A stretch of 64,000 nt of DNA from Octopus bimaculoides (GCF_001194135.2 NC_068992.1:9332629-9396628); one strand, 5' to 3'; positions 48,376 through 62,249 are shown, counted from the first letter of the stretch. Notes: generated by a model from the letters alone, not told the origin. Made by a program: numbers and translations.

Positions 48376-50830
48376 TTTTCAAATTAAGTTTTGTATCCAT
48401 TTCATAAATCCGGCAACCGTACGTCTCAGGACGCACAAACAATTGACTCATCATTTATTCATGTATACCAGCTTTGCTTTATTCAACACCATTGCTAAAA
48501 AATTGAACAAGAAAAACTTGACAAAGCACTTATAGACCGCCACACATTTATTTGTGTGTTGTGTGTGAACGTGGCATTTAAAATTTCATTATTACACAAA
48601 CGAGAGAGAGAGAGAGGGGGGGGAGAGATGGAAGGAGAGAGATGGAGAGAGAAAACACGTTGGGGAGACGGACCTTCGAGATGGCTAGATTGTTGACACT
48701 GGTCTCTTTTCTCTGCCTGCGATGATAATAATAATAGATGTTTCATATACAATTTATATTGGTTCACGTGTTCACGTTACAGTTGATATATATGTATACG
48801 TATATATATATATTTGCTTATGTATACATATACATACATAAGACAAACCGCGCTTTCCATTCTTTCCTTCATATTTGCGTCAGTAACGAAGTTGCGGTCG
48901 TGCAACGGATATTTTGGTAAGCATCCCGAAATACATGAAAAGTGAGTATAACTAATTTGTGTATTTCGATGACTTAAAATGACCCATCTCTGATGGCCTG
49001 GAGACATACACCAGGAGACACTAAATAAAATAAATAAATTGTTAATATTGGTAAATAAAATAATAATTATAATAATTTATGTATTGTTAACTGTCTATTG
49101 GCGTGTCAGTATTATTTTCTTGTAAGAACCATATTATCTTCTTAGATTTAGGTCAATTGTTAGGATTCATATTTTTACATGAAGTGTTCTAATATGTCTT
49201 ATCTTTCAAGCCGCTGTTAGCTAGGGCATTGTTATGGAAGGTGGGTGGGGCGGCTACCTTATCAAATATATCTTCAGAAGAGAGATAAGATATCCTATTA
49301 CTGCTGTTAGCTAAACACCATAGGGAGTGACAGGATTGTTTGTGTATATAGAATTTCTCGTTTGATTTATAAAAGCAGGAGATTAGATCTAGGGAAACAT
49401 CTAAAAAAAAAAAAAAAAGACCGACTTTTGACAAATTAATGATTCTGAGGCCTAATTAACTAAAGATATCAATGAGCTTTTTCCCTAAATTTATCAAAGT
49501 GTGACCAACGCAGCCATCAGATATCCCAATCCGATGTCCAATATGGGAACTTGGTAAAAGTTTAGTATTTCTTCCAAGTAGCGTATTAGATGCCATTCTT
49601 TTCGTTTGCTTAATTCATATAGACGTAAAGTCGTAACACCGATTACCTGTTTATGCCGTTGTGCACTCTCACTGATAACATATCTTGCTAAGCTGAACTA
49701 AAATTGTACATGCCAGTTCATGTGTGTGCTGTCTATTATACATACATATATATGTGTGTGCATACACATACACATTTATATATATATATACATACATGAA
49801 TATATATACACATTTATATATATACATACATACATGAATATATATATATATATACCTTTAGAAGTAAGACAGAGAGAGAAAGAGAGAGAGATGGGGAGAG
49901 AAAGAAAGAGAGAGATTAAGAAAGAGGCCAAAGTTCTCTTTCACCTATTATCTTATATCAAAAGTACATAAAAAAAAACCCAGATAACATCCGTTATTTT
50001 AATTCGATAATATATTGCAGTTGAAACAATTGTTTGGGCAGTAAAACAAGAAGAAACAAGAGAAATAATTCAATATCGATTTTGACGAAATGCCCAAGGC
50101 CACGATAAACTTTATCAGTGATAGGTGTACTTAGCTGGCTAGAATATATTACCACAGACGGATGTGCATGTGTGTGTGTGTGGAGGAGGGTATAGGATTG
50201 GTCTAAGTCTAGTCAATACGTCCCAGTAATATCTTATTATTCTAGGTAGTTTCTCTATTCTTAGACAATCTAAAAATATTGTTCGCTCACCCCACCACTC
50301 ACGAGGAAATGTTACTCATATGAAGACTAATTCTTTTACAGTATTTTTCGGAAATTTGTACAATAGTTTTTTTTTCTTTTATGCAAGGGTGGGAGGAACG
50401 TTTAGAGATTTGATCTGCTTCTTGCAAGAGGATACATGAACACGATTAATGATAACTAATCAACGATTTTCATTAATCCTCACAAATTCAGGGATGGTCG
50501 AAAAATATGTATATATATATACTTTGCTTAATATAGGTGGAATGTTCTTTTCATTTCTCTCTGAGACCATCAGTTTGAGTACTTGAGAGGCTGAAATAAC
50601 CCGTTTAAGAACATAGAATGATCGAATTATTATCCTAAAAAAAGAAATAGAGAAATGAAAAGAACATTCCACTCATATTAAGCAGCTGTAGACCTACTTT
50701 TGCCCACCCATATCTTTAATATGAAACCTTTTTTCACTCCAATCCTTAAAATATCTTCTCATGCTCTTAACTCCCACTTCTTAAAATTTCTCGCTTTTTG
50801 CCGAAATTTGGTACTATTATTATTATTACT

Positions 50831-51080
50831 GTGGAGGCGCGTGGCTTAGTGGCTAGGGTGTCAGCATCATGATCGTAAGATTGTGGTTTCGATTCCTGAA
50901 CAGGGCGACGCGTTGTGTTCTTGAGCAAAGCACTTCATTTCACGTTGTTCCAGTCCACTCAGCTGGCAAAAATGAGTAACACTGCAATGGACTGGCGTCC
51001 CATCCAGCTGGGGAACACATACGCCATTGAAACCGGGAAACCGGGCCTATGAGCCTGGCTAGGCTTTAAAAGGGCGCATT
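50831..51080 (+). mobile_element. Full-length SINE family C (C head + C tail)
   Basis: A box GTGGCTTAGTGGCTAG, B box GGTTTCGATTCC, CORE/Meta-like middle, tail ...GCCTGGCTAGGCTTTAAAAGGGCGCA(TTA)n. Confidence 0.88.
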
Positions 51081-51109
51081 TATTATATACTATTATTATT
51101 ACTATTATC

Positions 51110-51280
51110 TTTTACGTACAGAGTTCGAATTTCGCCGAGGTCGATTTTGCCTTTCATCTTTTCGGGGTCGATGAAATAAGTACCAGTTGAGTACTGGAGT
51201 TGATATAATCGACTAGCTGCCCCTCTCCCCAAAATAACAGGATTTGTGCCCAGAGTAGAAAGGAGTATTATTGCTATTAT
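51110..51280 (+). mobile_element. SINE family D 3' two-thirds
   Basis: GAGTTCGAATTTCGCCGAGGTCGATTTTGCCTTTCATCTTTTCGGGGTCGATGAAATAAGTACCAG. Confidence 0.85.
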
Positions 51281-52089
51281 CTTAATATAATTTAATGTGA
51301 TACCATAATCAGTTTCGTAAGGATGGCACAAGGGATAACGGCCCGAGCAGTAATCCACTTCATTGATTATAATCGATGACCGAGTTCGGATCCTGCCAGT
51401 GATCTTCGGCATTGCATTTTGTCTCACCGTCGGTCAGAATTTCAATAGTCTATAGATTCTGCAACATGGTCTGTGTGAGTAAATACAAATGATATTATGC
51501 AATACAAACTTTTACAGAGTCAAAGCATCACTAGTTGACAGGGGTGCACCAAATCCAATAAACGCAGTGAGCAGACAACGATGGGACTTCCCGTTTAGTA
51601 TATATCATTTGATTGCAGTTCAATTTGAACGACTGACCTAGGAGGTTGAGTTGCAACCGATTATGACCGAATCGATATTTACAGACCTACCGAAGGTTAC
51701 CAGCATCATTTTAAAAGCAATCTATCGATTTTTGAAAACCTTTTAGAGTCAGGAGGTAAAGCAGTGTCTTTGACTCATTGAAAGGTTTCTGCGACTAATG
51801 GTATACAAGAACGAAGTTTGTCTGAGGACCATGCTGTGCACTACTCCGACATGCAGTTGTGCATCGTAAGGAGTGCAATAAGACAGTTCTGGGCGTATTG
51901 CACTATATCCACTCAACTGTCTATTTATGCATCCGTCAGATGTATCATTCTCCTCTGGACATACCCGGAAATTTCCAAAAATGCTGGCCCTTGACAACCC
52001 TAACCCATGCATATTCCTGTACAAGGCACAACACCAATTCAAATCATTGCACTCAAATACCAAACTATTAATGGACCTAACGCAGTGAA

Positions 52090-52425
52090 TAAATGCACGA
52101 TGGCTTCAACAAGGATAGATCTCTCACATCTACCTCTCTTCGAACCATCAACAAAGCTTTTCACTTAACTTACCATTATCTGCTCATGCAAAGAAGAAAA
52201 AAAAACTCAACACCACCTTAAAGAATAACTAAAAATGCTTCTAGTTGAAAACGATAGCAACAGTTCTAGAACTTGTAGTTTTCCGTATGGAATACCTCAG
52301 GGATCCGTCCTCTTACTTCGTTTTTTTTTCTTTTTTCTACATATACATACAAGACTTACCCCGTTCTCCATAAAATACAGAGATAGCCTTATACACTGAA
52401 AAAGTCCCACTCACAACTCTATCAC
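52090..52425 (+). pseudogene. Non-LTR (Jockey/I-like) reverse transcriptase remnant
   Basis: INKAF (cf. DxxKAFD), GIPQGSVL (cf. GVPQGSVL), YIQDLP and ALYTEK (cf. YADD) occur in the correct order. Confidence 0.65.
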
Positions 52426-52432
52426 TGAAGAC

Positions 52433-52840
52433 CAGGGGTCGGCAAACGTCTTAAATCATGGTCCCCTTCATGGAATAAGTTCACAATTAATGGAACCTCA
52501 ACATGCAAATTTCGAAAATGAAATTAAAAAGTATAATTAATAAAAAAAAAAAATTCGTTCGTTCGCTTGTGACATCACTGGTTTTTAATAAGAAATATTT
52601 CAAGAAATTTAGTGAAAATTTAATGAAAATTGAGAAAGAAAAACAATAAACATTCAGTCATATCGATATTATTGGAATATTTAATGTAAAATATGTTTGG
52701 CGAATATTAGTTATTGCATCGATATTTGGCTGAAAATTATTGAGATTTTGCCTTAAATTGCGGCGCTCCACTGGATCCAGTTTGCTGATAATACAGTATC
52801 CTTAATGCTCAAAATCGTTTCAGGTGTTTATCGCCCCCAC
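52433..52840. mobile_element. Possible hAT MITE
   Basis: Left end CAGGGGTCGGCAAAC is a Charlie-type TIR; right TIR not clearly found. Confidence 0.4.
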
Positions 52841-52959
52841 CCCAACCCATGGATGGCTACATAAACCCACAGCCTCTCCACCCTCCCAAGGGTCAACATT
52901 GACCACTTCTCTACAGCCTCCTCTAGACTCTACTGCACAGTTTCTCCAACCCTGAATAG

Positions 52960-53200
52960 ATCACCTACAAACTTGGCAATCCAACAACAGACTCGAAGAA
53001 GCACCGACCGTAACCACTGTCCTTTCTCTCTTATCAGCAATACTCCCCGCCAGAAAAAAAAGGGCCAGCAAGTACAACCAGCCATCACGCTCATTAACAT
53101 AAACATACCACACATCTCAGAAGACAAACATACCAGGGGTTAGACCATACGTGACCCTAACAACATTCACAACACATATAGAAGACACAGAGAAGCAAGA
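52960..53200 (+). pseudogene. Non-LTR APE endonuclease remnant
   Basis: AIQQ...FSLISNTPRQKKKG...ITLININIP resembles IQETK...YxxxRxDR..GGG.... Confidence 0.4.
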
Positions 53201-53596
53201 TGAGTGTAACACAATCCTGCCGTGACAATCTCTCCTTTTTCCTTTATGCAAGGGAACCCACCACCTCTGTATCCAATGCGTCCTGTTCTAAGAAGTTAGA
53301 GATGTGATGTGGCTGCTATTTCTAGAAGATCAGACAACCACTCACATAGTGGAAGTTGTAATCTCTTGTGGTGACAACTTCTCGACAAATCAAACTGATT
53401 TCAATTCTCTTAAGAACTGCTTCATTTTAATTACATCTTGAATACTCTTGGGAAATGCATTTCTGTCCATAAACTATAATGGTTTTGCTCTGTTCAAGAA
53501 ATGAGACAATTCGGTTAATCACTCATTGATTCTTTCCAATAATTACGAAAAACCACCGAAAATACAAATGTTTGGTCTTCTACTGCAGCAGTAATC

Positions 53597-53641
<45 letters not shown>

Positions 53642-53805
53642 GTAGTAGTAGTAGTAGTAGTAGGTGTTGTTGTTACTGCTCTTATCTTAAGAGTTGGCTT
53701 AGGTAAGTCAATCACTGTTTTTATAAAGCAATCTGATGTGCTTGGCTAGCTAAAAGTAATAGCCTAATCTCCCTCAAAAAATCACATCATACTGTTTCAT
53801 GAAGG

Positions 53806-53944
53806 AGAAGAAGAAGAAAAAGAAGAAGAAGAATAAAAAGAAGAAGAAGATGATGAAGAAGAAGAAGAAGAAGAAGAAGAAGAAGAAGAAGAAGAAGAAG
53901 AAGAAGAAGAAGAAGAAGAAGAAGAAGAAGAAGAAGAAGAAGAG
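53806..53944. repeat. (GAA)n trinucleotide array
   Basis: Direct reading. Confidence 0.95.
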
Positions 53945-54055
53945 TACATTGGTACCCATGTTGTAGTTCAGAATCTAAAGAAGATAAAAAGAAAGAAAAG
54001 AAAAATCTATATAAGAAAAGAAAAAGCTATACACACACACACATATATATATATA

Positions 54056-54123
<68 letters not shown>

Positions 54124-54245
54124 NNNNNNNNNNNNNNNNNNNNNNNNNNNNNNNNNNNNNNNNNNNNNNNNNNNNNNNNNNNNNNNNNNNNNNNNNNNNN
54201 NNNNNNNNNNNNNNNNNNNNNNNNNNNNNNNNNNNNNNNNNNNNN

Positions 54246-54277
<32 letters not shown>

Positions 54278-54892
54278 AATATAAATATGTATGTACATAT
54301 TGTGCACAAACACACACACACAGACACTCGTAAGCAGGCTTGGTTTTATGTTTTTTTGCGTCTATATTGAACTAAATGTCGGTGTAGAACATATCAAGCC
54401 AGTTTTGAACTGAGCAGAACATATTGTGTTCCTCTCAGAAGTGCATCATCAAATGGAGAATCTTTGATATTTGTGTTGATGCATGCACCTGATGACCCTC
54501 ATTACATAACCGGACGATGTTATATGTTCAAAACTATTCTGTCTGCTTTCACGTTCAACACATTTTTGTATGCACAGTCAGAACTCTCACTTCCTTTTCT
54601 GAACCTTCATCTGTGCAACATGTGTGGACATATTCATTTATTTATTTGTCTTTACCTTCCTGACTATCTCACTAGATATCTGCCTGGCTGTCTTCCTGTC
54701 TGTCTCTCATCTCTCCCTATACCTACCTACCTACCTACCTACCTACCTACCTACCTACCTACCTACCTACCTACCTAAATACATACATACATACATGCAT
54801 ACATACATACATATATATGTTGCGCGTATTTATACATTACATGTATATATTTGTACATGTACACACATGTGTGTGTCCATATATATATGTAT

Positions 54893-54941
<49 letters not shown>

Positions 54942-55165
54942 AATTATTCGGTCTTAGTAGACACATAACATGTGATCTTCTTCTAGCACATTAGCAGTCC
55001 ACCTTGTGGCCTCCTTTATGTATATTTTTATATATAGATATGTGGATATATATATATATTGTATGAAAGCTCTTGCATATGTGTATGTATACACGTGTGT
55101 ATCTATCTGACTAAATGAACCACTTTCCATGGTTATCTGTCTGCATGTCTGTATATGTCTCTGTA

Positions 55166-55253
<88 letters not shown>

Positions 55254-55370
55254 CATGAATTTTATATATGCATTATATATGCATTATCTGTTTTAATGTG
55301 CATATGACTATATGTATGTGTTCATGTATGTGTGTAAGTATGCGTATGTATGCACGTGTCTGTCTGTTTT

Positions 55371-55449
<79 letters not shown>

Positions 55450-55904
55450 TTCAATCACTCGTAAAGGTTAGATAGGAATATTTTCATGCATTAACACCTA
55501 CAGACACAGAAGATAGGTATATATNNNNNNNNNNNNNNNNNNNNNNNNNNNNNNNNNNNNNNNNNNNNNNNNNNNNNNNNNNNNNNNNNNNNNNNNNNNN
55601 NNNNNNNNNNNNNNNNNNNNNNNNNNNNNNNNNNNNNNNNNNNNNNNNNNNNNNNNNNNNNNNNNNNNNNNNNNNNNNNNNNNNNNNNNNNNNNNNNNNN
55701 NNNNNNNNNNNNNNNNNNNNNNNNNNNNNNNNNNNNNNNNNNNNNNNNNNNNNNNNNNNNNNNNNNNNNNNNNNNNNNNNNNNNNNNNNNNNNNNNNNNN
55801 NNNNNNNNNNNNNNNNNNNNNNNNNNNNNNNNNNNNNNNNNNNNNNNNNNNNNNNNNATATATATATATATATATATAGATAGATAGATAGATAGATAAA
55901 TAGC

Positions 55905-55967
<63 letters not shown>

Positions 55968-56328
55968 GCTAAAGAGAAACGGAGTCATACAGTCACAGAC
56001 AGACGGACCGACGCACAGACTCGCTCACACACGGGCTGATGTCAGCTGCGGGACACACAGACAATGATAGACAAGATTCATAGAGCTGGCATATTATTTC
56101 AGATTTTCTAGCTTTAATAATGCCTTTCATACGCTGTGTGCATCATATTGAACCGGAGAGACAGGGATAAAGATTTTTAAACATATTAAATACAGTCACA
56201 TAGACAAGTAGACTGATATGACAGACAGACTTTCACAAATATACACACAGGCGTACAGTACACAAACACCAATGCATATATTCATACATACACACATATA
56301 AATATATATATATATACTCACACAAATG

Positions 56329-56365
<37 letters not shown>

Positions 56366-56671
56366 NNNNNNNNNNNNNNNNNNNNNNNNNNNNNNNNNNN
56401 NNNNNNNNNNNNNNNNNNNNNNNNNNNNNNNNNNNNNNNNNNNNNNNNNNNNNNNNNNNNNNNNNNNNNNNNNNNNNNNNNNNNNNNNNNNNNNNNNNNN
56501 NNNNNNNNNNNNNNNNNNNNNNNNNNNNNNNNNNNNNNNNNNNNNNNNNNNNNNNNNNNNNNNNNNNNNNNNNNNNNNNNNNNNNNNNNNNNNNNNNNNN
56601 NNNNNNATATATACATACACATGCACACGTGAATGTATATATTTATGTATATATGTATATAAGATATATGC

Positions 56672-56706
<35 letters not shown>

Positions 56707-57241
56707 TGTATGTATGTATATCTGCCTACCTGTCTGTCCGTCCGTCCATTCGTCTACATTATGCGTTTTGTGTATGATGTAGATAGACTGACAACACGCA
56801 CACAGAAACGAACAGTATGGCGATCGGCTCGACTGTTGGCTGGATGGCCGGACATTTAATTTGACGGTCGGATGAACTGATGGACGGATGGCCGGATGGA
56901 TGGATGGATGGACGGACGGATGGACAGGTGGATTGATAGATGGATGGATGGATGGATGGATTGATAGATGGATGGATGGATGAGCAAAGATACGATGTTG
57001 TAGACAAATAGAAAAATAGGGAGAGAGGGATAGATCGATCGGTAGATAGATAGACAGACAGACGTGTACCAAAATAGATCGACAGACAGACAGGCCGACA
57101 GGTAGATAGATAGACAGAAAGAGATAGATAAACAGACAGATAGATAGGTAGACAGAAAGACAGATAGATCGATGGATAGATAGATAGACAGACAGACATA
57201 GATAGATGGATGGATAGATACATAGATAGATGGGTGGATAG

Positions 57242-57376
<135 letters not shown>

Positions 57377-57556
57377 AATAAATAAATAGATAGTTAGATA
57401 GACAGAAAATATGCATAAATAAAATAAATACGTTCAGACTGTGAAAGCATGAACAGGGAAGGATAATCAAAGCAAACCGATATTGATTTATACTAACATG
57501 TATCGCGGTGCATGTATAAATGCAGACACCCACACAAGATTGCACACGTATATATA

Positions 57557-57589
<33 letters not shown>

Positions 57590-57728
57590 AATGTAAATAG
57601 CTTTCCATGCGTACGTTTAATAAACACCTTTGGCTGTTGATAGAAAACAGAAGGGCACTTGGCACATCGTTGGTAAATATGTGTGCTTATTAGATATACT
57701 TCTGTACACATACACACGCACACGCACT

Positions 57729-57762
<34 letters not shown>

Positions 57763-58390
57763 TGTATATATGCATATATATATANNNNNNNNNNNNNNNN
57801 NNNNNNNNNNNNNNNNNNNNNNNNNNNNNNNNNNNNNNNNNNNNNNNNNNNNNNNNNNNNNNNNNNNNNNNNNNNNNNNNNNNNNNNNNNNNNNNNNNNN
57901 NNNNNNNNNNNNNNNNNNNNNNNNNNNNNNNNNNNNNNNNNNNNNNNNNNNNNNNNNNNNNNNNNNNNNNNNNNNNNNNNNNNNNNNNNNNNNNNNNNNN
58001 NNNNNNNNNNNNNNNNNNNNNNNNNNNNNNNNNNNNNNNNNNNNNNNNNNNNNNNNNNNNNNNNNNNNNNNNNNNNNNNNNNNNNNNNNNNNNNNNNNNN
58101 NNNNNNNNNNNNNNNNNNNNNNNNNNNNNNNNNNNNNNNNNNNNNNNNNNNNNNNNNNNNNNNNNNNNNNNNNNNNNNNNNNNNNNNNNNNNNNNNNNNN
58201 NNNNNNNNNNNNNNNNNNNNNNNNNNNNNNNNNNNNNNNNNNNNNNNNNNNNNNNNNNNNTATATATATATATATATATATATATTCATTGAATTATCGT
58301 ATATGTGGCTGAGCATTCCGCAGATACAAGCTGCTCCTTTCACGTGATCCTCAGATTACAGAGCAACTTAGCAGTATATGACATGTACAC

Positions 58391-58703
58391 TGTGAAAGCG
58401 CGTGGGTTAGTGGTCAAGGTATTCGACTCACGGTCGTATAATCGTGAGTTCAATTCGTGGCGGCGCTGTGTCCTTGAGCAAGTCACTTTATTTCACCTGG
58501 CTCCCGTCCACTCAGCTAGCAAAAATAAGTAGTATGTATTCCAAAGGGGCCAGTTTTGGCACATTCTGTGTCACGCTGAATCTCCCTGAGAATGTCTGTG
58601 GAGCACCCTGCCACTTGCACGTTAATTTAACGAATAGGCTGTTCGGTTGATCGGATCAATTGAAATGCTCGTCGTCGTAATCGACGGTGATCCAGTTTTC
58701 AAC
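58391..58703 (+). mobile_element. Chimeric SINE: family C head + family B tail (diverged)
   Basis: 58391-58531 matches the C head (CTTGAGCAAGTCACTT...GTCCACTCAGCT..CAAAAAT); 58535-58700 matches the B tail (TGTGTCACGCTGAAT...GTTGATCGGATCAA...CGTCG). Confidence 0.8.
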
Positions 58704-58739
58704 ATACATAATGTCTGCAGCTCGATTTCGCGCAATCGC

Positions 58740-59206
58740 TTGATTGTTCTCTTACACATGGGTAGCAAAGATATGGTTTTTCAACAGCAATGATTATCTG
58801 AATATTTTGGGAAATCAAGTCCTCTCCATAGTTCAGACATTATTCCCTGACAGTAAGTGCAGCTTCCAAGATGACAATGCTCCAATACATACCTCTCAAG
58901 TGGTTAAGAATTGGTTTGAAGGGCATAACAATAAGCTACAACACATGGAGTGGCCCCTGTGCATCTGTGGTGCATCTTGGAGTGACAAGTTAGAAGTCGT
59001 TTCCCTCCACTGTCATGTCTGCAACAACTGAAGCAAGTTTTGCAGAAGAATGGCTCAAGATTCCTCTCAATGAAGTCAGGAAGATGTATGAAACAATTCC
59101 TGGACGCATCGAAGCTGTCCAGAAAGCTAAAGGAGGATCATCTCCATATTGAATAAATGTTCATTGAATTCAACACGTGTTCCAATTATTTTGTCCAACA
59201 CCTATA
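58740..59206 (+). pseudogene. Tc1-type transposon 3' end (transposase C-terminus + TIR)
   Basis: FQDDNAPIHTSQVVKNWF...MEWP, LWCILE, EEWLKIP...IEAVQKAKGGSSPY*, AATAAA, TIR-like ATTATTTTGTCCAACACCT then TA; SPDLNxIE segment missing; frameshifts. Confidence 0.88.
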
Positions 59207-59210
59207 TGTA

Positions 59211-59446
59211 TCTCTTTTACTCTTTACTCTTTTACTTGTTTCAGTAGTTTGACTGTGGCCATGCTGGAGCACCGCCTTTAGTGGAGCAAATCGACCCCAG
59301 GACTTATTCTTTGTAAGCCTAGAACTTATTCTATCGGTCTATTTTGCCGAACCGCTAAGTTACGGGGACGTAAACACACCAGCATCGGTTGTCAAGCGAT
59401 GCTGGTGGGTGGGGGGACAAACACAGGCACACAAACATATATACAC

Positions 59447-59521
<75 letters not shown>

Positions 59522-59693
59522 CATACATATATACGGCGGTCTTCTTTCAGTTTCCGTCTACCAAATCCACTCACAAGGCTTTGGTCGGCCCGAGGCTATA
59601 GTAGAAGACACTTGCCCAAGGTGGCACGCAGTGGGAGTGGGAATGAACCCGGAACCATGTGGTTGGTAAGCAAGCTACTTACCACACAGCCAC
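59211..59693 (-). mobile_element. Full-length SINE family A
   Basis: Complete head, (TA/TACA)n core and tail. Confidence 0.93.
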
Positions 59694-59821
59694 AAATAAA
59701 ACAAAATATGCTGGTGTTTATAGTTTTTGTTCGTGGGTAGACAAGGTGTAGAAAGTACCATACGCTGCCTTTTGTCTTTATTTGATTCTCATGTAATATT
59801 TTCGCTTGTGACGGGCGCCGA

Positions 59822-59892
59822 GTTGCAGTGGTTAGTGTGTTGCAGTGGTTAGTGTGTTGCAGTGGTTAGTGTGTTGCAGTGGTTAGTGTGTT
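59822..59892. repeat. Perfect 17-bp tandem repeat (GTTGCAGTGGTTAGTGT x4)
   Basis: Direct reading. Confidence 0.95.
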
Positions 59893-60001
59893 ACTAGTAC
59901 AATTATTAGTACGGGTTGGTCTGGTGTTAGTGTCGTAGAGTGATTGTATTGGTTAGTAATAGTACGAGTAGTTCTACTATGGTCACTGAAACGGTTGTAG
60001 C

Positions 60002-60329
60002 GATAGTGATGACGATTATGATGACGATGACGATGATGACGATGATGATGATGATGACGATGATGATGATGATGGTAATGATGATGACGATGATGATGAC
60101 GACGATGATGATGATGATGACGATGATGATGACGATGATGATGATGATGATGATGACGATGATGATGATGATGATGATGACGATGTTGATGATGATGGTA
60201 ATGATGATGATGATGACGATGTTGATGATGATGGTAATGATGATGATGATGATGATGATGATGACGACGATGATGATGATGATGATGATGATGACGACGA
60301 TGATGATGATGATGACGATGATGATGATG
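60002..60329. repeat. Compound (GAT/GAC)n array with 36-bp higher-order duplication
   Basis: Direct reading; GACGATGTTGATGATGATGGTAAT occurs twice. Confidence 0.95.
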
Positions 60330-60659
60330 GAGGCTGAGTGACGACGGTGGTCGTTATGGCGATGTTTTTCAGTGTGTGTTTGTGTTTATATGTATGCGTA
60401 CGCGTATGTGTGTGTTTGTGTGTTTGTTTGTGTTTGTGTGTGTGTGCGTTGCTGACCATGAAGAAGAAAAAAAAAAAACTAACCCGATGGAAGGAGTGAA
60501 CGAAACATTTTCTTCCTTCCTTCCTTCCTCCCTCCCTTCCTCCCTTTCACTCTTACTCTGTTTCATTCTCGCTTCCTTTCAGTCTTCCGTACAGTCACCC
60601 CCCCTCCCCCTCCCCCGTTCCCACTATCATCACTAACGCCACCTGTAGCACACTGCCCC

Positions 60660-60697
<38 letters not shown>

Positions 60698-61889
60698 CCA
60701 CCACCACCACCACCACCNNNNNNNNNNNNNNNNNNNNNNNNNNNNNNNNNNNNNNNNNNNNNNNNNNNNNNNNNNNNNNNNNNNNNNNNNNNNNNNNNNN
60801 NNNNNNNNNNNNNNNNNNNNNNNNNNNNNNNNNNNNNNNNNNNNNNNNNNNNNNNNNNNNNNNNNNNNNNNNNNNNNNNNNNNNNNNNNNNNNNNNNNNN
60901 NNNNNNNNNNNNNNNNNNNNNNNNNNNNNNNNNNNNNNNNNNNNNNNNNNNNNNNNNNNNNNNNNNNNNNNNNNNNNNNNNNNNNNNNNNNNNNNNNNNN
61001 NNNNNNNNNNNNNNNNNNNNNNNNNNNNNNNNNNNNNNNNNNNNNNNNNNNNNNNNNNNNNNNNNNNNNNNNNNNNNNNNNNNNNNNNNNNNNNNNNNNN
61101 NNNNNNNNNNNNNNNNNNNNNNNNNNNNNNNNNNNNNNNNNNNNNNNNNNNNNNNNNNNNNNNNNNNNNNNNNNNNNNNNNNNNNNNNNNNNNNNNNNNN
61201 NNNNNNNNNNNNNNNNNNNNNNNNNNNNNNNNNNNNNNNNNNNNNNNNNNNNNNNNNNNNNNNNNNNNNNNNNNNNNNNNNNNNNNNNNNNNNNNNNNNN
61301 NNNNNNNNNNNNNNNNNNNNNNNNNNNNNNNNNNNNNNNNNNNNNNNNNNNNNNNNNNNNNNNNNNNNNNNNNNNNNNNNNNNNNNNNNNNNNNNNNNNN
61401 NNNNNNNNNNNNNNNNNNNNNNNNNNNNNNNNNNNNNNNNNNNNNNNNNNNNNNNNNNNNNNNNNNNNNNNNNNNNNNNNNNNNNNNNNNNNNNNNNNNN
61501 NNNNNNNNNNNNNNNNNNNNNNNNNNNNNNNNNNNNNNNNNNNNNNNNNNNNNNNNNNNNNNNNAAAGGGACACACGTTGGCGCTCGACAGGGAGGTAAT
61601 TATCAGCTGCTGCTGCTGCTGCTGTTACTACTACTATTACTACTATTACTACTACTACTGCTACTGCTGTTACTCCACATATACTATCCTACAATCTTTT
61701 AGCACACCACCGTCATCACCACCACAACCACCACCGCCACTACGACGACAACAACAACAACAACAACAACAAAAATACTATTTATTGCACCTCTGTCCTT
61801 TCTTGCCCTCACAGTTATAATTGTTAAAGATGCGTGGATATCACAGCCCCTCTGCCCTGGTCACCCGGATTGAGTACTAAGCTGGACCC

Positions 61890-62085
61890 CCATCTGGTTG
61901 TTGATGTTGTATATCTAGCCTGAGATCAGCCCCTGGTCAATCGGACCTAAGATGAAAGGCATTCCAAATGTGACCATCCAATCTATTTTTTTAAATATAC
62001 ATATACTGGGAAAGTAGGACTGCATTATCCACCGTGTAAAGTGTGATTTGAGGGAAAATTGGCTGCTCTTTTGTTGTTAAGCGAT
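61890..62085 (-). mobile_element. Interspersed repeat family E
   Basis: (GTT)n-like tail, GAAAGGCATTCC..TGTGACCATCC, GAGGGAAAATTGGCTGCT; the last motif recurs near 14020, 43262, 46465 and 53305. Confidence 0.55.
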
Positions 62086-62249
62086 GTGTGTACAACTAGT
62101 ATGTTGTACAAAGAGTATTGTTCGAAGAGTACACATTATTGAAATACCGATAAATCAGATCACGAAACGGAAGTATGGGACGAACATACCCTGGTACCCT
62201 GGGCAAGGTGAACACGAGGACTTCATCTTTCCGAGCCAAAAATGGTACT

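Noticed and set aside
49450-49620. Possible Penelope RT fragment on the minus strand
   Set aside because: Similarity too faint to support by eye.
59990-60341. Poly-Asp (or poly-Met/poly-Ser) acidic protein ORF
   Set aside because: No plausible start or splice signals; GAT/GAC variation is typical of these arrays elsewhere in the window.
61782-61803. miR-92-like seed TATTGCAC
   Set aside because: No complementary arm; flanked by a (CAA)n microsatellite.
61578-61820. Cys/Tyr/Pro/Gln-run ORF
   Set aside because: Built from CTG/CTA/CCA/CAA microsatellites next to a gap.
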